From an uncultured virus (IMG/VR IMGVR_UViG_3300025502_000012) (taxonomy: Duplodnaviria > Heunggongvirae > Uroviricota > Caudoviricetes), in IMG/VR virus record IMGVR_UViG_3300025502_000012: a DNA stretch of 20,000 nucleotides. One strand, 5' to 3'. Below the pieces are notes generated by a model that saw only the letters and a program-made list of their open reading frames with translations, did no database searches and was not told the origin of the DNA. Numbering within the stretch: the stretch's first letter is position 1; every line of letters begins with the position of its first letter. Positions 15,312 through 20,000 of this stretch are shown here, piece after piece. A program made the translations under genes and the position numbers.

Positions 15312-16169
15312 CCCTAGTTCAAACTTCTTATTGAATTTCTTAAATGACATATATGATATGTTCTTATTCTTTGACCATTCGTGTATCTCTTTTGATACTC
15401 TTTCATTAATATCACCATCTTTACCAAGTGGATTGACTTTAATAAAATTAACATTAGGAAACTCAGCCATCAAATGATTCCATTGACTAATCCAATTAGT
15501 ACATGGTATTGGTGGTGCCTCTGGTGCGCCATAACAAGTTGTTCCCTTGTACAAATTGTTTATTTTAGGTCCATTACTATATAAGTCATGGCCAAGTAAA
15601 TATATGTCTGTTGTATCTGTGAATTTTGTTAATCCTACCAAGCCAGCTGTGGCGCCACACGCCCAACCTCTATCTCTTAAAACTGATGGTATCAAATCTG
15701 TTAAGTCATTTGATTTGTCATTTTCTTGTATCCAACTTACATAACAAGCTGTGTTATTAATCTCTCTTTTAATTAGTTCTGCATTACCTTTATATCTTTT
15801 TACAATAGTTGCTTTACCTGATATAGCTGACCCATGGAATACAAATTGTTGAGCATTACCTTTATCGTTTATCTTTATATTATCAAAATATTGTTTTGCT
15901 TCTTTCGCAAGTTCAGGTTCTGTACCATAAACAGTATGTTCAAACATCATTGCTGGAAGTTTAGTCCAGTTTCTTAACCAAGTTTCGTTTTCTTGGCAAT
16001 ATCCACTATGATATACTTCATGCGAGATTGCTTGGTCAACAGCACATAATATATCTGGCGCAAAATCTCTATACAATCCATTACAACCAGCAGTCTTACC
16101 ATGTGGCTTTAGTTTATTTAAATCTATTGTATTTCTACTTTGTCCATTACCTATACAAAATAAGTTCAT
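15294..16169 (-). CDS. DUF115/MptE-like (sialyltransferase-like fold) protein
   Basis: FCIGNGQSR...GCNGLYRDFAPDILCAVD...GWACGATA...IYLLGHD pattern. Confidence 0.6.
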   Translation of the reverse strand: MNLFCIGNGQSRNTIDLNKLKPHGKTAGCNGLYRDFAPDILCAVDQAISHEVYHSGYCQENETWLRNWTKLPAMMFEHTVYGTEPELAKEAKQYFDNIKINDKGNAQQFVFHGSAISGKATIVKRYKGNAELIKREINNTACYVSWIQENDKSNDLTDLIPSVLRDRGWACGATAGLVGLTKFTDTTDIYLLGHDLYSNGPKINNLYKGTTCYGAPEAPPIPCTNWISQWNHLMAEFPNVNFIKVNPLGKDGDINERVSKEIHEWSKNKNISYMSFKKFNKKFELGLTNDQ

Positions 16170-16423
16170 TCTTTTTCCCTCGTTATTAAATTATCTGGCT
16201 TATCAATTGGTTGTCCCATTCTATTAAACCATTTAGTATTAGCATGATAGACATGGTTTAAAGTACCATCAGCGTTCTTAATAGACTTCTTATCTATCTT
16301 ACCTTCATACTCCTTACCATTCTTCAATATTAGATTAAGATGTCCATATAAGTCACAATATAATCTATCAACAGCTTCACCATTTGGTCCAATCTTATTA
16401 CTCTCTGGTATAGTATTACTCAA
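16166..16423 (-). CDS. Hypothetical protein (85 aa)
   Basis: Co-oriented and overlaps both neighbours. Confidence 0.75.
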   Translation of the reverse strand: MSNTIPESNKIGPNGEAVDRLYCDLYGHLNLILKNGKEYEGKIDKKSIKNADGTLNHVYHANTKWFNRMGQPIDKPDNLITREKE

Positions 16424-17069
16424 TGTTCAACTCCAACTTTGTGACTTTCTTTTCTTGTCCTATACCACCAGTGACAAAATAGTTAGCACCAACTATGTAT
16501 CTTTGAAAATCACTATCGTTTGGAGTTGTCATATGTTCCATATGACCTGGTATAATAACAATATCACCTGTCTTAACTTTACAATTAAAACTCGTACTGT
16601 TAAATATGTTTCTATTAGTCTTGTAATTAAAATCTAAATTCCACTTTTCTTCTATAAAATTATTTCTAGTTGTTAATACTAAATCGCCACTATAACATCT
16701 AGCATAATATACTACACTAAAAATACAATTCTTGTGGTCATGTGGTGGGTGTGAGTTGCCTCTTGTAGTTTTTGCTGCCCAACTCGCTGACATAGTAAAT
16801 TTATTAAACATACCTAACACTTCATCTACATAAAAATTCTTATGTTTTTCAAAAACATTTTCTAACTCTTTAAAGTCATAGTCTTTGAAAAGCTTTTGTG
16901 AATTAGATACGACAGATATTTTTTTTCTATGTTCATCAAAATCCTCTGAGGGTGGATAAAACCATTCTACTTCTTTTAGTCTTTCAAACTCTTTTGTATC
17001 CATAACATAATCAGTATGAGTATGATATAGTGGAGTAGAAAATAATGGTATGATACTATTTGGATTCAT
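16416..17069 (-). CDS. 2OG-Fe(II) oxygenase (TIGR02466-like)
   Basis: PLFSTP...SWAAKT...HPPHDHKNCIFSVVYY...GDIVIIPGHMEH...RYIVGANYF. Confidence 0.88.
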   Translation of the reverse strand: MNPNSIIPLFSTPLYHTHTDYVMDTKEFERLKEVEWFYPPSEDFDEHRKKISVVSNSQKLFKDYDFKELENVFEKHKNFYVDEVLGMFNKFTMSASWAAKTTRGNSHPPHDHKNCIFSVVYYARCYSGDLVLTTRNNFIEEKWNLDFNYKTNRNIFNSTSFNCKVKTGDIVIIPGHMEHMTTPNDSDFQRYIVGANYFVTGGIGQEKKVTKLELNIE

Positions 17070-17673
17070 TTACAAATACATCTTTCATAATAAATTTACA
17101 TTCTGTTGCATTATAGTTTATAAACGGTTTCAATCTGGTAATCGTAGATGCGATTTCAGGCCAGATAAAAGTTTCTTTAATCTCCACATTCCAATTTTTA
17201 ATAAACGACAAAAAGTGTTCCAAGACGACTGCAGTCTGGTACCCAACTTTTCTTTGAATAAGAAGTTGTAAGATTCTAGGATGCTGACCTTTAGGACTTC
17301 TAAAAGCGTTATTAAAAGAAATAGACTTATCATGCAAATCATTGCTAATAGATACACAGTCTGATCTAAAATGATAGGCAAATGCTTCTTTCCTTTTTCT
17401 ATAATCCAAGTAAACATCTTTACCATCATTTTCCAACAGATTACCAATCCATCTCTTGCGATCTGCAAGAAAGTTAGCAACAAAGAAGTCAAGTATATTA
17501 TCTTGTCCATATTTTGTACTTAATTTGTGAAAAAAGTATCTATCCTTTCTTTTAGTAAAACTACTGAGTGTCGCATTGACTTTACCACCATATTTGATAT
17601 AGTCATAAGTTTTAGATGTAAAATGTAGCTTGACACCGAGATAAACTTTATAAACATCAAAACCTCCATACAT
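17056..17673 (-). CDS. gp59: Helicase loader gp59
   Basis: GFDVYKVYLGVKLHFTSKTYDYIKYGGKV...F.KRKDRYFFHKLS...FVANF...GQHP; probable start MYGG at 17673. Confidence 0.92.
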   Translation of the reverse strand: MYGGFDVYKVYLGVKLHFTSKTYDYIKYGGKVNATLSSFTKRKDRYFFHKLSTKYGQDNILDFFVANFLADRKRWIGNLLENDGKDVYLDYRKRKEAFAYHFRSDCVSISNDLHDKSISFNNAFRSPKGQHPRILQLLIQRKVGYQTAVVLEHFLSFIKNWNVEIKETFIWPEIASTITRLKPFINYNATECKFIMKDVFVNESK

Positions 17674-17674
17674 A

Positions 17675-17893
17675 TTAAATTGGTAATATACCACCCTTTG
17701 GAGTGTTTAACAACCTTAAATCAATTGCTTCTACTTGTACTTTTTCTTTTAAACTTTTTGAAACTAAAGATGAAACTGTTCCTGGGTCAATATCGTTTTC
17801 TTCGCAATAATGAAGTATAGCTTCCATGTATGTAGTTCTTTTTTCTTTTACTATCTTCTCAATTTCAAAACTAAACTCTTTACTATTCATCAA
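17675..17893 (-). CDS. gp33: Late transcription coactivator gp33
   Basis: FSFEIEKIV...YMEAILHYCEENDID......VSKSLKEKVQVEA.DLRLL...LPI; upstream of gp59 as in T4. Confidence 0.92.
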   Translation of the reverse strand: MMNSKEFSFEIEKIVKEKRTTYMEAILHYCEENDIDPGTVSSLVSKSLKEKVQVEAIDLRLLNTPKGGILPI

Positions 17894-18092
17894 AATCCGA
17901 TCTTACTATATGTTTCCTTAAGGCTCTTACAAGTCTTTCTAGGTTATCTATAATATCAATCATAGATTTATCTGTAATGTAATGCTGTTTTGCTTTTAAT
18001 TTGTCGTATTCTTTTAATGAAATTGAAACCATTGGTGTTGGTGGACTTGCTTCATTTTCATAACTTGCGTCTTCTGATCTATCGTCTGTCAT
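17883..18092 (-). CDS. Hypothetical protein (69 aa)
   Basis: AGGAG SD; VSISLKEYDKLK motif and short coiled coil. Confidence 0.8.
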   Translation of the reverse strand: MTDDRSEDASYENEASPPTPMVSISLKEYDKLKAKQHYITDKSMIDIIDNLERLVRALRKHIVRSDFDE

Positions 18093-18113
18093 TATATTCT
18101 CCTAATTATATAA

Positions 18114-18146
18114 GTGTAGGGTACTTACTCTCGCTTTCGCCTACAC
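18114..18146 (-). ncRNA. Structured 5'-leader element upstream of the gp33/gp59 operon
   Basis: GUGUAGG...CCUACAC stem enclosing CGAAAGCGAGAGUAAGUAC (possible GC-GAAA-GC tetraloop hairpin); GC-rich in an AT-rich intergenic gap. Confidence 0.45.
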
Positions 18147-18161
18147 AGTTGCAACTCTATT

Positions 18162-18190
18162 ACTATACCATATTATTGATCATTTGTCAA
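18162..18190 (-). promoter_or_regulatory. sigma70 promoter (copy 2 of the 29-bp repeat)
   Basis: TTGACA, 17 bp, TG-G-TATAGT; spacer identical to the promoter at 15283-15311. Confidence 0.88.
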
Positions 18191-18515
18191 CCGTTGTTAG
18201 GTCAAATGTATGATATAATATACATCTTTCTGTTCCACTAGGAACATCAATTACTGACATTGTTTCGGTGTTATCAGTATTCACCATTATAGTCATCATA
18301 TAAACTGCTTCACCATTAATTTTCATGCCTTCTCTACCTAATGAGATAAAGAGTGGCTTCATATCTGCGTGGTCTGTGTATGACTGAATCATTTCAGGTG
18401 TACCACATAATGCAGGTACATTCTGAAAATAGACCTCGCCTGTCTGTTCTTCATGGTCTGCGTTAACACTAAATGCAACCAAACCGAATAATAGTATTAT
18501 TAGTAATTTTTTCAT
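18180..18515 (-). CDS. Secreted/periplasmic hypothetical protein
   Basis: Signal peptide MKKLLIILLFGLVAFSVNA; two Cys (possible disulfide); AAGGA SD; CTAAATA at 18531-18537. Confidence 0.8.
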   Translation of the reverse strand: MKKLLIILLFGLVAFSVNADHEEQTGEVYFQNVPALCGTPEMIQSYTDHADMKPLFISLGREGMKINGEAVYMMTIMVNTDNTETMSVIDVPSGTERCILYHTFDLTTVDK

Positions 18516-18529
18516 AGTTAATCCTTTAG

Positions 18530-19999
18530 CTATTTAGTATAAATTTTATTACCAATAACCAAAACATCTATATCTGAATTTTCATAAAATGATTTTGTAT
18601 CAGTAGTATTACCTAAAATAGGTTTACCATTTATGTTAAAACTTGTATTTAATAAAACAGGACAGTTAGTTATATCATAAAAACTCTTTAATAATTTGTA
18701 AAATGGTCCATCTGTTGGTGTGACACTTTGAAATCTACAAGTGCCATCAATGTGTGTAATTGATTTTAAATTGTCCTTTGTTGTATTTCCAACATACAAC
18801 ATATGTGGATTATGAATATCTGTACCAAAATATTCTTTTTGATGTTCTTCCAATATAGAACAACCAAATGGTCTATAAACTTCTCGTTTTTTTATTTTGT
18901 TGACTTTTAACTTAGCATCTGGTGTAGTAGGATTCATTAATAGTGATCTATGACCTAAAGCTCTTGGACCAATCTCACCATTACCTTGATACCAAGCAAC
19001 AATCTTACCTTCTTTTAAATATTGAGCAACCTTTTCTATCACAGTGTCTTCTACAAATCCATCTGGTCTTTCATCTGTTTGACAATATGGAAAATTATTT
19101 AATTTAAATGGTTTTAACTTGTTCTTTATTCTTAAATACTCTATCGCACCTAAACTTAATCCCTCATCAGCACAATGTGGTGGGATTACCAAATTTTTGA
19201 ATTTATCTTTTAATGAAGTATTCCATATAACATTTTGAGCAACTCCTCCTGAATATGAGATTACATCATCATCATTAGCATATTCACTAAAGAAAGAAAC
19301 AAGTAAGTTATCTATTCTTTGATGAACAGTTTTTATCCAATCCAATGGTTTTAAATTACCAATTAAGGGATCGCCATGAAAATCAAACCATTCTTCAATA
19401 TCAAATATTCTATTAATACTATTCATATCAAATTGTTCTAAATGTTTTAGAAAATCATTATTAGTAGTTCCATATGATTGTAAACCCATAACCTTACCTG
19501 CATAGTCATCATCATGTTCAGATTGTACACCAAGGTATGCACCAGCTCTATTCATACCTTTACCTATTGAGCCAACTTCAGTTATCAATCCTTTTTTAAT
19601 TAATTTTCTATCTTTAAAAACGGTCCAAGATATATTATAATCACCATAACCATCTATTACTATATCTACTTTAGGAGTTTTTGTAGTGACAGGAAAACAA
19701 CTTAATGCATGAGCATAATGATGGTTAACTCTTACTACCTTATTTCTTACAGGTAGATAATTATAATCTACTGCAGGAAAAAAATCTTCGTTGTCTAGTG
19801 GTAGTTTGTGGACTTGCGAATCAATGATAATAGCAATTTCATCTATTTCATTATAATCTACATTCCATAAATCTTTTATTTCTTTTTGCCATTGCCAAAG
19901 ATTATTATAAGCATGATGTTTTATACCATGCTTTCTTTCTGATTTATAATAATGTAGATTAGTGCCGTCAAAATAAGAAATATTACTATCATGCGTACA
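18530..19999 (-). CDS. Carbamoyltransferase, NodU/CmcH family (5' end off the window)
   Basis: The frame is open to the window edge: HDSNISY, SERKHGIKH, HHYAHA, VIDGYGD, GKVMGLQSYG, SGGVAQN, EIGPRALGHRSL, KKRE.YRPF, HIDGTCRFQ, LLNTSFN. Confidence 0.95.
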   Translation of the reverse strand, partial: CTHDSNISYFDGTNLHYYKSERKHGIKHHAYNNLWQWQKEIKDLWNVDYNEIDEIAIIIDSQVHKLPLDNEDFFPAVDYNYLPVRNKVVRVNHHYAHALSCFPVTTKTPKVDIVIDGYGDYNISWTVFKDRKLIKKGLITEVGSIGKGMNRAGAYLGVQSEHDDDYAGKVMGLQSYGTTNNDFLKHLEQFDMNSINRIFDIEEWFDFHGDPLIGNLKPLDWIKTVHQRIDNLLVSFFSEYANDDDVISYSGGVAQNVIWNTSLKDKFKNLVIPPHCADEGLSLGAIEYLRIKNKLKPFKLNNFPYCQTDERPDGFVEDTVIEKVAQYLKEGKIVAWYQGNGEIGPRALGHRSLLMNPTTPDAKLKVNKIKKREVYRPFGCSILEEHQKEYFGTDIHNPHMLYVGNTTKDNLKSITHIDGTCRFQSVTPTDGPFYKLLKSFYDITNCPVLLNTSFNINGKPILGNTTDTKSFYENSDIDVLVIGNKIYTK

Positions 20000-20000
20000 T

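Noticed and set aside
4349..17990. Short opposite-strand or alternate-frame ORFs (starting at 4349, 4506, 4522, 5050, 7059, 7833, 8803, 9535, 9749, 11228, 11904, 15547, 16455, 17050, 17130, 17990)
   Set aside because: Largely or wholly within better-supported genes, with no motifs or RBS.
1..20000. tRNA, rRNA, CRISPR array or integrase
   Set aside because: None recognised by eye; intergenic gaps are short and show no cloverleaf or repeat-spacer pattern.

Overview
AT-rich segment of a T4-like (myovirus) phage genome, most likely a marine alphaproteobacterial (SAR11/Pelagibacter-type) phage; the host is inferred from the PstS and RpoD-region-4 sequences and an alphaproteobacterial LexA box. 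Mostly minus strand. Reading right to left: carbamoyltransferase, gp33, gp59, 2OG-Fe(II) oxygenase, gp32, gp2, a free-standing GIY-YIG endonuclease, baseplate/tail genes (gp54, gp26/gp51, gp29-like, gp4, gp48, gp53, gp27-like, gp5), then an accessory block with a stand-alone sigma70 region-4 protein, a second 2OG oxygenase, a PD-(D/E)XK-like nuclease and pstS. Main observations: (1) the gp51-like domain has no usable start codon and opens exactly at a T-TTT-TTC slippery heptamer at the end of gp26, suggesting a lambda G/GT-type -1 frameshift upstream of the tape-measure gene; (2) a sigma4-only RpoD fragment is transcribed from one of two divergent sigma70 promoters flanking a GAAC-N7-GAAC LexA box; (3) gp54 probably starts at ATA overlapping the endonuclease stop; (4) a Pho-box-like repeat precedes pstS; (5) an identical 29-bp promoter occurs twice, one copy followed by a structured RNA leader. 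All family assignments come from motif recognition and gene order, not database searches.
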